NCBI RefSeq assembly: GCF_026626685.1
Contig: NZ_JAPNJX010000021.1
Location: 169,329 to 233,328 of the forward strand
Direction of reading: 5' to 3'
Origin: Nannocystis sp. SCPEA4
GTDB taxonomy: Bacteria > Myxococcota_A > Polyangia > Nannocystales > Nannocystaceae
DNA length: 64,000 nucleotides
A model generated the notes under the pieces. That model made no database searches. It was not told where the DNA came from and saw only the letters and a list, made by a program, of their open reading frames with translations. Of the stretch, positions 36,501 through 42,797 are shown piece by piece. The translations under genes and the position numbers were made by a program. The first letter of the stretch is position 1. Every line of letters begins with the position of its first letter.

Positions 36501-38817
36501 TGAGAGGCCGCTGCAGGTGCTGTGCGGCGGGGAGGCGATGACGCCGGATCTGGCGGTCGAGCTGGCGCGCAGGGCATCCCCGGTGTGGAACGTGTATGGG
36601 CCGACCGAGACGACGATCTGGTCCGCGCTCTCTCGCGTCGACTCCGGACGGAGTCCCGTCCGGCTCGGTCGAGGGATCGCCAATACGCAGCTCCACGTGG
36701 TCGACAAGAACCTGAGGCAGACGCCGGTGGGCGTCCCGGGCGAGCTGTACATCGGGGGAGACGGGCTCGCGCGCGGCTATTTGGGCCGGCCCGCACTGAC
36801 AGCGGAGCGCTTCGTGCCCGACCCGTTCTCCGCCGTGCCCGGGGCGCGGATGTACCGCACGGGCGACCTCGTCCGCTGGGACGCGAACGGAGCGCTGGAG
36901 TTTCTCGGGCGCATCGATCACCAGGTCAAGATCCGCGGCTTCCGCATCGAGCTCGGGGAGATCGAGGCGGTGCTGTCGTCGCACCCGTGCGTGCGCGCGT
37001 GCGCCGTGGTCGTGTGGGAACCTGCGCCCGGTGACAGGCGCCTGGTCGCGTACGTGGTGCCCGGCGAGAGTGGATGCACCGACGATGCATTGCGCGAGCA
37101 CCTCGGGGCCGCGCTGCCGCCGTACATGGTCCCCTCGCTGTTCGTGCGGCTCACGGCGCTGCCGCTGAGCCCCAGCGGCAAGGTGGACCGCAAGGCCCTG
37201 CCGCCGCCCGACGCGACGCGCGACGCGGTCGAGACGTCCTGCGTGGCGCCGCGGACCGAGGCCGAGCGCGTGCTCGCCGAGCTGTGGTCAGCGGTGCTGC
37301 AGCGCTCGCCGCTCGGGATCCACGACAACTTCTTCTCGCTCGGAGGGGACTCGATCCTGGCGATCCAGGTGATCGGTCGCGCGAAGCGAGCCGGCTTCCA
37401 TCTCACGGCACGCGACATGTTCACGCATCAGACGGTGGCCCAGCTCGCGCTGGTGGTCCGCAGAGACAGCGCGGTGCTGGCGGAGCAAGAAGCCGTCCGC
37501 GGAACGGTGCCGCTGACGCCGATCCAGCACTGGTTCCTCGATGGGGACCCGGTGGACGCCCATCACTACTGCCCGGCGATGCGCTGGACGCCGCCGCCCG
37601 CGCTCTCGCCCGAGATCGCCGCAGAGGCGCTGCGGATCGTCGCGGCGCAGCATGACGCGGTGCGGTTGCGGTATCGTCGCAGCGCGTCCGGGTGGGTTCA
37701 GGAGCACGAGGCGGGGGCGACCCTCGTGCTCGAGCGGGTCGATCTGTCGGCGTTGGATCGCCCGGCCCGCGACGCCGCGGCGACCGAGGCGGTGGCGCGG
37801 CTGCAACGCGGCATGAATCTGTCCAGCGGCCCGATCTGCCGCGCTGCGTGGCTGGACCTGGGCGAAGGCGGCGCGCAGCTGGTTCTCGTCATGCACCACC
37901 TCGTCACGGACGGCCTGTCGTGGCGAATCGTGTGCGAGGACCTGCAGCACACCTGCGATGCGCTGCTCGCCGGGCGGACACCGGAGCTCGGGCCGAAGAC
38001 GACGTCCCTCCGCCAGTGGTCCGAGCGACTGCACGCGTTCATCGCCGGCGGCGGCCTGTCGCAGGAGCTCGAGTACTGGCAGGCGCAGTGCGCTCGTCGC
38101 ATGACTCCGCTCGTGCGAGATCGTGACTGCGCGCCGGGGACCTTCGGCGACAGCCGCACCGTGAAGGTGGAGCTCTCGCCGGCAGATACCAGCGCACTCC
38201 TCCGCGCCGTGGGCTCGACGCAGGGAACGGAGATCGACGCGGTCCTGCTGTCGGCCCTCGCCTCCGCGCTGAGCGGCGCCTCCGCGACAGATACGGTCTG
38301 CGTGGCGCTGCAGCACCACGGTCGCGAGCCAGTCGTGGCAGACGTGGACGTGTCCCGCACTCTGGGATGGTTCTCGTCGCTGTTCCCGCTGTGGCTGAGC
38401 GTGCTGCCGGGCTGCGACCCTGCGGTGCTGCTGAACGACGTGAAAGCGCAGCTGCGGTCCGTGCCCGGCCGGGGCCTCGGATACGGCTGGCTGCGGTACG
38501 CGCATCCGGACGCGAGTGTGCGCGCGTCGCTGTCCGTACCGATGCCGGTGGTGTTCAACTACCTCGGGCAGTACGAGGCAGGCTCGCCCTGGTCCTTCGA
38601 CGGGACCGAGCATACGAGCATCAGCCCGAACATGGCGCTTTATCATGAGCTCGTGGTGAGTTGCATCGTGGTGGACGGGCGACTGCGGCTCGGCTGGAGC
38701 TTCAGCAGCGCTGTCTATGAGAGCTCGACGATCGAGCGGATCGCGGAGGCGTTCCTCTCGTCGCTGCGGCGACTCATCGCCTACTGCACCTCGGGGGAGG
38801 ACACGTCTTGGAATTGA
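21547..38817 (+). CDS. Nonribosomal peptide synthetase, 5756 aa, 5 modules: A-T / C-A-T-E / C(DCL)-A-T / C-A-T / C-A-T-E; no TE domain
   Basis: The five A domains carry the A-domain core motifs (YTSGSTG.PKG, NxYGPTE, GELxIxG). The T domains carry GGHSL or GGDSI. The C domains carry HHxxxDEWS. The E domains carry HHLVxDGxSWR after the GGDSI carriers. Partial Stachelhaus reading gives A1/A3 as D-V-W..L-I-D (Ser-like), A5 as D-I-L..V-I-W (Gly-like), and A2/A4 as an unusual D-G-V..S-I-F (unassigned). A1 is ~identical to A3, and C2-A2 is ~identical to C4-A4. Confidence 0.95.
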   Translation: MSMHDESRDVRGIEPRSEHNVAAQQDAGSPDAEEVLLWAAVADPNSPIGHLPLLASGELRQLAVWNDTAVAYPPARCIHELFEDQAARTPDAVALVFGDQQLTYRELDERSNQLAHHLRGLGVGPEVLVGLCVERSLEMLVGLLAILKAGGAYVPLDPSYPRERLAFMLNDARPAVLLTQARLRDSLPAHEVVVVHLDAPAWQHLPRTSPAVHVGPDHAIYVIYTSGSTGRPKGVLNTHRGLYNRLRWMQRAYGLNASDAILQKTPLSFDVSGWELWWPLLEGARMVIAAPEGHKDPRYLAALIAARGVTVAHFVPSMLGVFLAATEPRERASLRHVFASGEALPGHLRDAWYAGSRGALHNLYGPTEAAIDVTSHACQAEETGPVPIGRPIDNTRTYVLDAAFRPVPVGVAGELYLAGVQLARGYLGRPGLTAERFVPDPFAPEPGARMYRTGDLARFRDDGALEFLGRIDHQVKIRGFRIELGEIEAALAAYPSVRDCVVVAREDATGDKRLVAYVVGDDATANELRAWLGARVPEYMVPSAFVCLDALPLNPNGKVDRKALPSPETTRGSAETYVAPRTDVERALVGIWEELLEVRPIGVSDNFFLLGGHSLLAFRVVSAVQARLGGAPSLAALFRNPTIEALAALWDTRAERPQIGLSPRADGEAPFAGLSGTERRIWFLEKLSPQARSYQIPHVFEVASALSAPALEASVRALALRHQILRTTYPEVDGTPRREVSDDVWIPIRVEDVSSLPAAERDAALQAMLAAEVEGRFDLERGPLTRVLAVRTAADRHVVVVHQHHIITDEWSWGLLLAELSSLYEASRRGETLALPALAYQYSDYARAERSALAGDGLAASRAHWKEALSDVPRLDLSIVAPAAGAVSGPEGHVSLRLSPETSRQLQALAHEHAATPFMAWYAALSAVLSRYSGQQDFGLGAVVANRQIVGTEAMLGFFTNTVVLRTDLSGDPTFDELLARARRTALDAYEHQALPFDVVVQDQGLSRQAGENPLFDVTFFEVTPPTATAGWSPRLGAVPQGVTTAKNALAVTVQHTVEGTVVEVLYDTTRVSRTAAERLCGHLQTLVIDAAAHPNRRVSQLELLTDEETEKLAAWNDTPRTDPAARCIHELIAEQAIRAPQAVALEQDGLQLSYGEFEAQANRLAHHLRSLGVGPEVRVALCVERSFDMVVGLVAILKAGGAFVPLDPSSPPDRLTLLLTEAEAPVLLTHAAVGLSAPGVTVVRLDVDAAQWASQPITPPESGVMPEHANYVVFTSGSTGKPKPVINEHRGLAARVAFQRQHIPVHPGDRILFSAAVAFDGAIVDWMLSLCNGATCVLPSNAYDAVEGIAECLEHRAITFSFIPPAMLRALRCRAPALRHITLAGDKTPPSLVAQWAGGRQVLNSYGPTEFSIFAAQAWFDPARPERFSIGRPVHGVHLYVLDAAKRQVPIGMPGEIHLAGVGLARGYLNRPAMTAERFVPDPFAKEPGARMYCTGDLARWNEDGELEFLGRADHQVKIRGFRVELGEVEAALSSHAAVASCVVVAREDAPGNVRLVAYVVAKDGALTVGSLREHLRSNLPDYMLPSAFVFLDALPLSANGKVDRKTLPVPKDTRQAAETSYAAPRTEAERALAEVWSEVLRASSVGIHDNFFSLGGDSILAIQVVGRAKRAGLHVTVRDMFMHQTVAELVQVARRSSAAVAEQAVTGAALLTPSQQWFLGKNPEEAHHFNQACMWTPSSALSPATVAEALQVVSRQHDALRLRYDHTESGWVQSHAEAVALPLERMDLSTVPPDVRRAAVEVSADALQSGLSLSAGPVARAVWLDLGEEGARLLLVVHHLVVDGVSWRILHEDLERTCEALLAGRTPELAAKTTSFRQWSERLHAFVAAGGLSQELGFWRARCARGITPLPRDREAAPGTVGDSRTVDVELSEAETRVLLHDVSAAYRTEINDVLLSALAAALSGFCNTDTVCVTLEGHGREALIEDVDVSRTVGWFTSMFPVWLTVPGTDDPAALLKRVKEQLRSVPNRGFGYGWLRYAHPDEAVRAALSVEPPVVFNYLGQFDMEAQGRGMLGPAAESAGRTTSSRMELWHALAVNGGVWQGRLRFEWTYSSATHDGATVERLAARFVASLRRLIAHCTSSEAFGYTPSDFPLARLGQQALDGLFAAARDVESVYPLSPLQAGLLFHALNEPESPTYTVQLALQLGGDVDAAALESAWKTVLARHAVYRTSFLWQGVPEPLQVVRRSVAFAMPTHDWSALDAVEAEARWEALRREERAAGFDFGRAPLARVVLVRMPGGRTWMLKTTHHILADGWSMPVVLGELQAAYAAHRGGRRLALPEPVAYERYIAWLATRDHRASSAFFADYLAGVAEPTRLPFSPPTEATREHAQRDTSLTAVETEAVTAFARRHGLTLNTVVQGALAQLLGRITGRTDVVFGMTTAGRSAPIRGIERMVGLFINTLPLRARWSGSEGVVEWLQRLQAEQVELRVHEATPLYEVQRASAVGGGRALFDTLLVFENYPVDEAAQQAAVLPIENFQAFEQTSYPLAITVAAGTTIDLRWMWEPAALRGEDVEQLWGNLRTVLLDMVAHPDRRLAELGLLTAAELRQLAAWNDTAVAYPTARCIHELFEEQAARTPDAVALVFGEKQLTYRELDERSNQLAHHLRGLGVGPEVLVGLCVERSLEMLVGLLAILKAGGAYVPLDPSYPRERLAFMLTDARPAVLLTQARLQDGLPAHAVVTVLLDAPAWQHLPRTSPAVHVGPDHAIYVIYTSGSTGRPKGVLNTHRGLYNRLRWMQRAYELNASDAILQKTPLSFDVSGWELWWPLLEGARMVIAAPEGHKDPRYLAALIAARGVTVAHFVPSMLGVFLAATEPRERASLRHVFASGEALPGHLREAWYAGSRGALHNLYGPTEAAIDVTSHACRPEETGAVPIGRPIDNTRTYVLDAAFRPVPVGVAGELYLAGVQLARGYLSRPGLTAERFVPDPFAPEAGARMYRTGDLARFRDDGALEFLGRIDHQVKIRGFRIELGEIEAALAAHPSVRDCVVVAREDATGDKRLVAYVVGDDATANELRAWLGARVPEYMVPSAFVCLDALPLNPNGKVDRKALPSPEATRGADETFVAPRTEVERALVAIWEELLEVRPIGIDDDFFALGGHSLLAVRVVSAVKARLGLGLTLATLLQRPTVAALAALLAEIETRPAPVAALSPSPRGAAEPAYDGLSGTERRIWFVDKLAPEARSYQVPHVFVVRGTLSEPALRESVKRLAERQEILRTTYPEMDGVLTRRVANSVSIPLRLEDVSALSQSAREFALRAHLEAEIAVPFDLGTGPLTRVLVVRLEAEHHVVLVLQHHIITDEWSSGVLLSELSRLYEACCRGEAAALPALSYQFADHARAEQEALTSGGFAASRAYWKDRLAGVPRLELPIVRTAPGRGPEASVALRVPLEASRALQALARDHGCTPFMAWYAALTAVLSRYSGQTDFGLGAVIANREAPGTADLLGFFTNTVALRTDLSGDPTFAELLARARRTALDAYEHQALPFDVVVQDQGLSRQAGENPLFDVTFFEVTPPTADTAAGWSPLLGAVPQGLATAKNALAVSVQHATEGTVVEVLYDTTRVSRTAAERLCGHLRTLVTDAAAHPNRRVSQLDLLTDEETEKLAAWNDTPRTDPAARCIHELIAEQAIRAPQAVALEQDGQQLSYGEFEAQANRLAHHLRALGVGPEVRVALCVERSFDMVVGLVAILKAGGAFVPLDPSSPPDRLSLLLTEAEAPVLLTHADVRLSAPGVAVVRLDVDAAQWASLPITPPESGVMPEHANYVVFTSGSTGKPKPVINEHRGLAARVAFQRQHIPVHPGDRILFSAAIAFDGAIVDWMLSLCNGATCVLPSNAHDAVEGIAECLEHRAITFSFIPPAMLRVLRCRAPALRHITLAGDKTPPSLVAQWAEGRRVLNSYGPTEFSIFAAQAWFDPSRPERFSIGRPVHGVRLYLLDAAKRQVPIGMPGEIHLAGVGLARGYLHRPAMTAERFVPDPFAKEPGARMYCTGDLARWNEDGELEFLGRVDHQVKIRGFRVELGEVEAALSSHAAVASCVVVAREDTPGSPRLVAYVVARDSALAATVLREHLRSDLPDYMLPSAFVFLDALPLSANGKVDRKALPSPEATRGADETFMAPRTEVERALVAIWEELLEVRPIGIDDDFFALGGHSLLAVRVASAVKTRLGLGLTLATLLQRPTVAALAALLAETETRPTSALSPSPRGAAEPAYDGLSGTERRIWFVDKLAPEARSYQVPHVFVVRGALSEPALRQSVKQLAERQEILRTTYPEVDGVLTRRVADSVSIPLRVEDVSALSESAREAALRAHLEAEIAARFDLATGPLTRVLVVSLEAEHHVVLVLQHHIITDEWSSGVLLSELSRLYEACCRGEAAALPALSYQFADHARAEQEALTTGGFAASRAYWKDKLASVPRLELPIVRAAAARGPGVEASVALRVPLEASRGLQALARAHGCTPFMAWYAALTAVLSRYSGQTDFGIGAVIANREVPGTAELLGFFTNTVVLRTDLSGDPTFAELLARARRTALETYEHQALPFDVVVQDQGLSRQAGENPLFDVTFFEVTPPTTGAASGWSPLLDGVPTGVVTAKQALALGVLHDADGTEFSLTYDTTRVDAGAVERLGRHLQVLVQDGVLHPDRRLSQLDLLTEAEQAKLAAWNDTAAAYPAERCVHELFEAQARRTPAAVALVFGEQQLTYQELDERSNQLAHHLRELGVGPEVLVALCVERSLEMVVGLLGILKAGGAYVPLDPSYPQERLTFMLTDARPAVLLTQARLRDSLPPREVVTVHLDAGAPVWQQPRTSPAVAVAPDHASYVLYTSGSTGRPKGVQILHAALTNLLHAFAEQTAIGPRDALLAVTSMSFDIAGLELFMPLIRGASIHLASRDDASNGEALVRALDRATMMQATPATWRMVLDAGWTGERPLQVLCGGEAMTPDLAVELARRASPVWNVYGPTETTIWSALSRVDSGRSPVRLGRGIANTQLHVVDKNLRQTPVGVPGELYIGGDGLARGYLGRPALTAERFVPDPFSAVPGARMYRTGDLVRWDANGALEFLGRIDHQVKIRGFRIELGEIEAVLSSHPCVRACAVVVWEPAPGDRRLVAYVVPGESGCTDDALREHLGAALPPYMVPSLFVRLTALPLSPSGKVDRKALPPPDATRDAVETSCVAPRTEAERVLAELWSAVLQRSPLGIHDNFFSLGGDSILAIQVIGRAKRAGFHLTARDMFTHQTVAQLALVVRRDSAVLAEQEAVRGTVPLTPIQHWFLDGDPVDAHHYCPAMRWTPPPALSPEIAAEALRIVAAQHDAVRLRYRRSASGWVQEHEAGATLVLERVDLSALDRPARDAAATEAVARLQRGMNLSSGPICRAAWLDLGEGGAQLVLVMHHLVTDGLSWRIVCEDLQHTCDALLAGRTPELGPKTTSLRQWSERLHAFIAGGGLSQELEYWQAQCARRMTPLVRDRDCAPGTFGDSRTVKVELSPADTSALLRAVGSTQGTEIDAVLLSALASALSGASATDTVCVALQHHGREPVVADVDVSRTLGWFSSLFPLWLSVLPGCDPAVLLNDVKAQLRSVPGRGLGYGWLRYAHPDASVRASLSVPMPVVFNYLGQYEAGSPWSFDGTEHTSISPNMALYHELVVSCIVVDGRLRLGWSFSSAVYESSTIERIAEAFLSSLRRLIAYCTSGEDTSWN

Positions 38818-39521
38818 CAGATCCATCGCAAGATCGGCTGTTGTGCGCCGAGCAGCTCGAGGAGCAGAGCGCCGGTCTCCCGGCAGCTGCTCGCGCGCAA
38901 CTGCTGGAGGTGCGGACGTGGCTCAGGACGTTCATCTCCAGGCCGAACCCGATCATCGGTCGCAAGGGGTCGGTGTGTCCCTTTGTCGAGCCCGGCCTGA
39001 ACCGCTTCCGATCGATCCGCTTTCATGTGTACGAGGGCGAGCTGCGCCCCGCCGCCGTGGAGTCGGTGATGCGCGCGCTGGTGGCACGCTTTCCCACGGA
39101 GCTCCCCACCACCGGGATGGGCCGCGAGTTCCGGGCCATCCTGACGCTATTCCCCGGGTTGCCGAACGACGCGGGGCCGCGGTTCATCGACCCCGTGCAA
39201 CAGGCGCTGAAGCCCGAGATCACCGCCCGGGGTCTGATGATCGGCCAATTCTATCCCGGCTGCCGCGAGCCCGGCCTGCACAACCCCGACTATCGCCCGC
39301 TCGAAGCACCGCACCCGATGCTGGTGATTCGCCCGATGCAGCTCACCGATCTGATGTTCCTGTTCTCCCGCCCGGAGTACCTGTCGGCCTACGTCCGGAG
39401 GTTCGGCATCACCGCCCGCGACGAGCTCACGGCGCGGATCACCGCCGCCGGCGTCCCGCAACTGCCGGTGAACTGGGAGGCGGTCCTGGACGCAGCGTTT
39501 CCACCCAGCCATGCGGTCTGA
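38808..39521 (+). CDS. Hypothetical protein (237 aa), overlapping the NRPS stop by 10 nt
   Basis: ATG 38808 overlaps the NRPS 3' end. Codon usage is good. It contains ..GRKGSVCPFVEPGLNRF.. and I recognise no family. Confidence 0.55.
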   Translation: MELTDPSQDRLLCAEQLEEQSAGLPAAARAQLLEVRTWLRTFISRPNPIIGRKGSVCPFVEPGLNRFRSIRFHVYEGELRPAAVESVMRALVARFPTELPTTGMGREFRAILTLFPGLPNDAGPRFIDPVQQALKPEITARGLMIGQFYPGCREPGLHNPDYRPLEAPHPMLVIRPMQLTDLMFLFSRPEYLSAYVRRFGITARDELTARITAAGVPQLPVNWEAVLDAAFPPSHAV

Positions 39522-39561
39522 GATGAGCCCGGCGCGCCCGACATCGATCACCCCGAGGAGG

Positions 39562-41196
39562 TCAATGACTGGCGCTCTCTGCGGAGCGCTGGATGGCGCG
39601 GATCTCTCCCTGGTCCATCGTGATGACCCGGTCCGCGCAAGAGAAATAGCGGTCGTCGTGGCTGACCGCGAGGACGGTCTTTCCGCGGGCCCGGAGCGTG
39701 GGGAGCAGCTCGGTGTAGAAATACTTGCGGAACTCGGGGTCCTGGTCGGCGGCCCACTCGTCGAACACGTAGATCGGGCGGTCCTCGAGCAGCGCGACGA
39801 TCATCGCCAGGCGCTTGCGCTGGCCGGTCGACAGCTCGCGCTTGGTGAAGCCGCCCTCGGCAAAGGACGTCTGACTGCGAAGGTGCATCTGCTCGAGCAG
39901 CCGGTGGACCTCGCTGGCGTCGACGTCGGCGAGGCCGTAGAGGCGCGAGAACAGGTGGAAGTCGGAGTAGATCGTCGTGAACAGCTCGCGGTAGGCGGCG
40001 GCGTTGTGCTGCTCGACGGAGATGCCGTCGACCAGCAGTCGCCCGCCGCTCGGCGCATACAGGCCAGTGAGCGTCTTGACCAGAGTCGTCTTGCCGCTGC
40101 CGTTGCCGCCGACGATGAACAGCACCTCGCCGGCGTTTACGGTGAGGTCGATCGGGCCGATGTGGAAGCCTCGGTCGGTCCCCCCCGAATGGCCGTATTG
40201 CAGGCCGCACAGCTCGATCGACGAAAAGCGCCCGCCCCACGGGTCCTCGCCGGGTTCGGAGCCCTCGAGGCCCGCCGCGTCGAGCTTGGCCTCGAGCGCC
40301 GCGATCTCGGCCAGCGCCTGATTGGAGCGAGTGAATGCGGCCACGCCGTTGATGATGCCGCTGAGCGGACCCCAGACGAACATCGTGCCGGCGACGAGGG
40401 TGCCGGTCGTGGCCGTGTCCGTCGGGACGTACTGGGGGAGCACGAACACGACGGCGCCGAGCAGCGCGAACAGGCTGCAGTTGGCGAAGATCCAGTTGTC
40501 GTCGAAGATCCGGCCCGACTGGACCGTCGCGCGCCGCAGCCGCTCGGAGTGGGCGACGATGCCGGCGCGCAGCTCGCTGCCGCGGAGACGGCTGTACTTG
40601 ACCTCCTTGAAGCCGCGCAGCAGATCCGTCAGAGACTCGAAGAAGCGCAGGCGTGTCTGCGCTTTCTCCTGGAAGTAGCCGTCGAGCTCGCGGACCCGGG
40701 CGCGGTAGATGCTCACGCTGATCGCGGTCAGCAGCGCGAGCAAGACGAACGCGGTCGGCGATATGTACGCGAGGTAGAGGCAGGCGAACACGGAGATGCT
40801 GGCCGACTGCAGCACGTGGGCCATGTTCCCTGCCCATCCCGAGATCACGGCCGCGTTCTCCGTGAGGCGGTCGAAGATCTCGGCCGAGCCGATGCGTTCG
40901 ATGCTGGCCAGATCGGCGCGCTCGACCTTGTCGACGATCCGGGTCTTCATGCGGTGCAGCGCCGACTCGACGATGGCCACACAGCGGTGGTACGTGGCGC
41001 GCCCCGTGATGGCGTAAAGGATGACGCCCAGCGCGTACATCGCAAAGATGCGAAATTCGGTCGGGTCGGACGAAGCGCTCGCGGTATTGATCAACGCGAG
41101 CACCAACACGTTGGCGACGCCGGCGAGGCTGGCCGCGGTCAGCACCGCGCGTCGCTCCCTCCCTGCCTCGTCGAGGAACAGTTCGACGATAGTCAT
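39562..41196 (-). CDS. Cyclic-peptide export ABC transporter (SyrD/YojI family; fused permease-ATPase)
   Basis: An N-terminal 6-TM domain is followed by Walker A (GGNGSGKTT), the signature LSTGQRKRL, and Walker B (IYVFDEWAAD). This family architecture sits adjacent to NRPS clusters. Confidence 0.8.
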   Translation of the reverse strand: MTIVELFLDEAGRERRAVLTAASLAGVANVLVLALINTASASSDPTEFRIFAMYALGVILYAITGRATYHRCVAIVESALHRMKTRIVDKVERADLASIERIGSAEIFDRLTENAAVISGWAGNMAHVLQSASISVFACLYLAYISPTAFVLLALLTAISVSIYRARVRELDGYFQEKAQTRLRFFESLTDLLRGFKEVKYSRLRGSELRAGIVAHSERLRRATVQSGRIFDDNWIFANCSLFALLGAVVFVLPQYVPTDTATTGTLVAGTMFVWGPLSGIINGVAAFTRSNQALAEIAALEAKLDAAGLEGSEPGEDPWGGRFSSIELCGLQYGHSGGTDRGFHIGPIDLTVNAGEVLFIVGGNGSGKTTLVKTLTGLYAPSGGRLLVDGISVEQHNAAAYRELFTTIYSDFHLFSRLYGLADVDASEVHRLLEQMHLRSQTSFAEGGFTKRELSTGQRKRLAMIVALLEDRPIYVFDEWAADQDPEFRKYFYTELLPTLRARGKTVLAVSHDDRYFSCADRVITMDQGEIRAIQRSAESASH

Positions 41197-41232
41197 GAAT
41201 CGATGCCGTCGTACGCCGCTGGCCGAGCGGGC

Positions 41233-41463
41233 TCAGCCCGTCTGGTCTTCCGCGGCCTTTGCCATGGCGAGCCGCAAGGACAGCGGCCGCATGTCGGTCC
41301 ACACTTCATCGATGTAGGCGAGGCACTCTTGCTTGGTGCCATTCTTGCCCGCCTTGCGCCATCCGGCGGGCAGTTCGCGGTCGGCGGACCAAATCGAGTA
41401 CTGCTCCTCGTGGTTGAGGACCACCTCGTAACGCCGGGTATCATCCGTCTCGTCGTCGCGCAT
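41233..41463 (-). CDS. MbtH-like protein
   Basis: [53 protein letters not shown] contains the three invariant MbtH Trp residues and the S(I/V)W, PxGW and LxxxxxxWTDxRP motifs. Start set to the internal ATG 41463, giving 76 aa. Confidence 0.8.
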   Translation of the reverse strand: MRDDETDDTRRYEVVLNHEEQYSIWSADRELPAGWRKAGKNGTKQECLAYIDEVWTDMRPLSLRLAMAKAAEDQTG

Positions 41464-42046
41464 GAACGTGTTCCTGATCAGTCGGGATCCAGATGTGGAG
41501 AGCGGCAGGACGCTCGCACGTCGGCCGGTCGCCGTCAACACCCGGTGCGCGACGCGTGGCGAACGACGACGGTGAACAGAGTCGTCGAAACAAGACGCTC
41601 CACGTGTATCGACTCACCGTCGATGGCCGAGGTCTCGCGCGCACGTCTCCAGGCATTGGCGACGAACCGCGCGGATCTGCGCGAACCGCCCGACTGGCTC
41701 GCGTACCCGTGCAGGGAGCCGCGCACGGCCTCGATCCCGCACACCGACGTGAGCAGATCGAGGGGCCCGCCGGCGACGATCAGACTCGTGTCACACGGGC
41801 GCCGCCGAACCATACGAGCACCCCATCCGGTGCTCTGGGAAGGCGCTCCCCTCGGGTGGGCCCGGGAGGCCTCGCAGTGCAATGATCGACGAATCGTCAC
41901 GCCGGGCGAGCGCGCCGGGCGTGAGCGTTCATGCGTGCCAGACGGGGCCGGAACGGGCTCCTGGGCCCGAATCGCGCACCGCGCGCGACACGGAAAACGA
42001 TGCAACGACCTTGACATTGGGACTCAAACGCAGTGAGGTACTGTCC

Positions 42047-42586
42047 ATGGCGAGCGAGACGACGCAAGCAAAAGAATTGGTCACTGATCCGGAGACGCGG
42101 CTGCTGCAGGCCGACGCGATCATTCATCGTAACGTGCTGTGGGCGCTCGGCGCGGGGGCGGTACCGATCCCGATCGCCGATGTGCTCGCCGTGAGCGCCG
42201 TGCAGGTCAAGCTGCTCAAGGAGCTGTCCGCGCTCTACGGCATCGCGTTCCGCGAGGATCTCGTCAAGAAGATCGTCGGTTCGCTGCTCGTCGGGATCGG
42301 CGGCGTCGGTGTCGGCGCGGCGCTCGGGATGAGCCTCGCCAAGCTGATTCCGGTGGTCGGCCAGGCGCTGGGGATCGTCAGCGTGCCGGTCGCGTCCGGC
42401 GCCTTCACTCACGCCATTGGCCGCGTCTTCGTCATGCACTTCGAATCCGGCGGCACCTTCCTCGATTTCGATCCGCACCAGATGCGCGAGCACTTCAGGC
42501 GCGAATTCGAGGGCGCGAAGGAGAAGGTCGCCGAGATGCGGAATCGACCCGGCGCACCGACCGTGTCGCCCCAGGGGCCGGCGTAG
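42047..42586 (+). CDS. Hypothetical protein, possibly DUF697/YcjF-like
   Basis: The VLWALGAGAVPIPIADVLAVSAVQVKLLKELSALYG segment resembles DUF697. Start moved to ATG 42047, so the first 55 aa of the track are rejected. Confidence 0.45.
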   Translation: MASETTQAKELVTDPETRLLQADAIIHRNVLWALGAGAVPIPIADVLAVSAVQVKLLKELSALYGIAFREDLVKKIVGSLLVGIGGVGVGAALGMSLAKLIPVVGQALGIVSVPVASGAFTHAIGRVFVMHFESGGTFLDFDPHQMREHFRREFEGAKEKVAEMRNRPGAPTVSPQGPA

Positions 42587-42602
42587 TCCGAAGGAGCGGT
42601 CG

Positions 42603-42791
42603 ATGGAATTGACCCTGCTCTTCGGCTATGCACTGCCGGTAGTGACCCTGTTGGCGCTCGGGTTGCTCGGCACGACGCGGCGCCTCGGCTTCTGGTGGAC
42701 GGTGCTGCTGTCGATCGTGCTGACGCCGATCGGCGGATTCATCGCCGCCCAGTTCTCGGGTCCACGCCAGGCCGATCGACGAGCAGGCTGA
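42603..42791 (+). CDS. Small membrane protein (62 aa, 2 TM)
   Basis: MELTLLFGYALPVVTLLALGLLGTTRRLGFWWTVLLSIVLTPIGGFIAAQF. It lies between two same-strand genes with short gaps. Confidence 0.3.
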   Translation: MELTLLFGYALPVVTLLALGLLGTTRRLGFWWTVLLSIVLTPIGGFIAAQFSGPRQADRRAG

Positions 42792-42797
42792 CGTCTC

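Noticed and set aside
22970-38826. Numerous long minus- and plus-strand track ORFs overlapping the NRPS gene (e.g. 24643..26157, 26170..29334, 32434..35334, 35461..37101, 37288..38826, 22149..24518)
   Set aside because: Shadow or alternative-frame ORFs inside a verified 17-kb NRPS coding frame. Their translations are Arg/Ala/Gly/Pro junk, and duplicated modules yield duplicated artefact ORFs.
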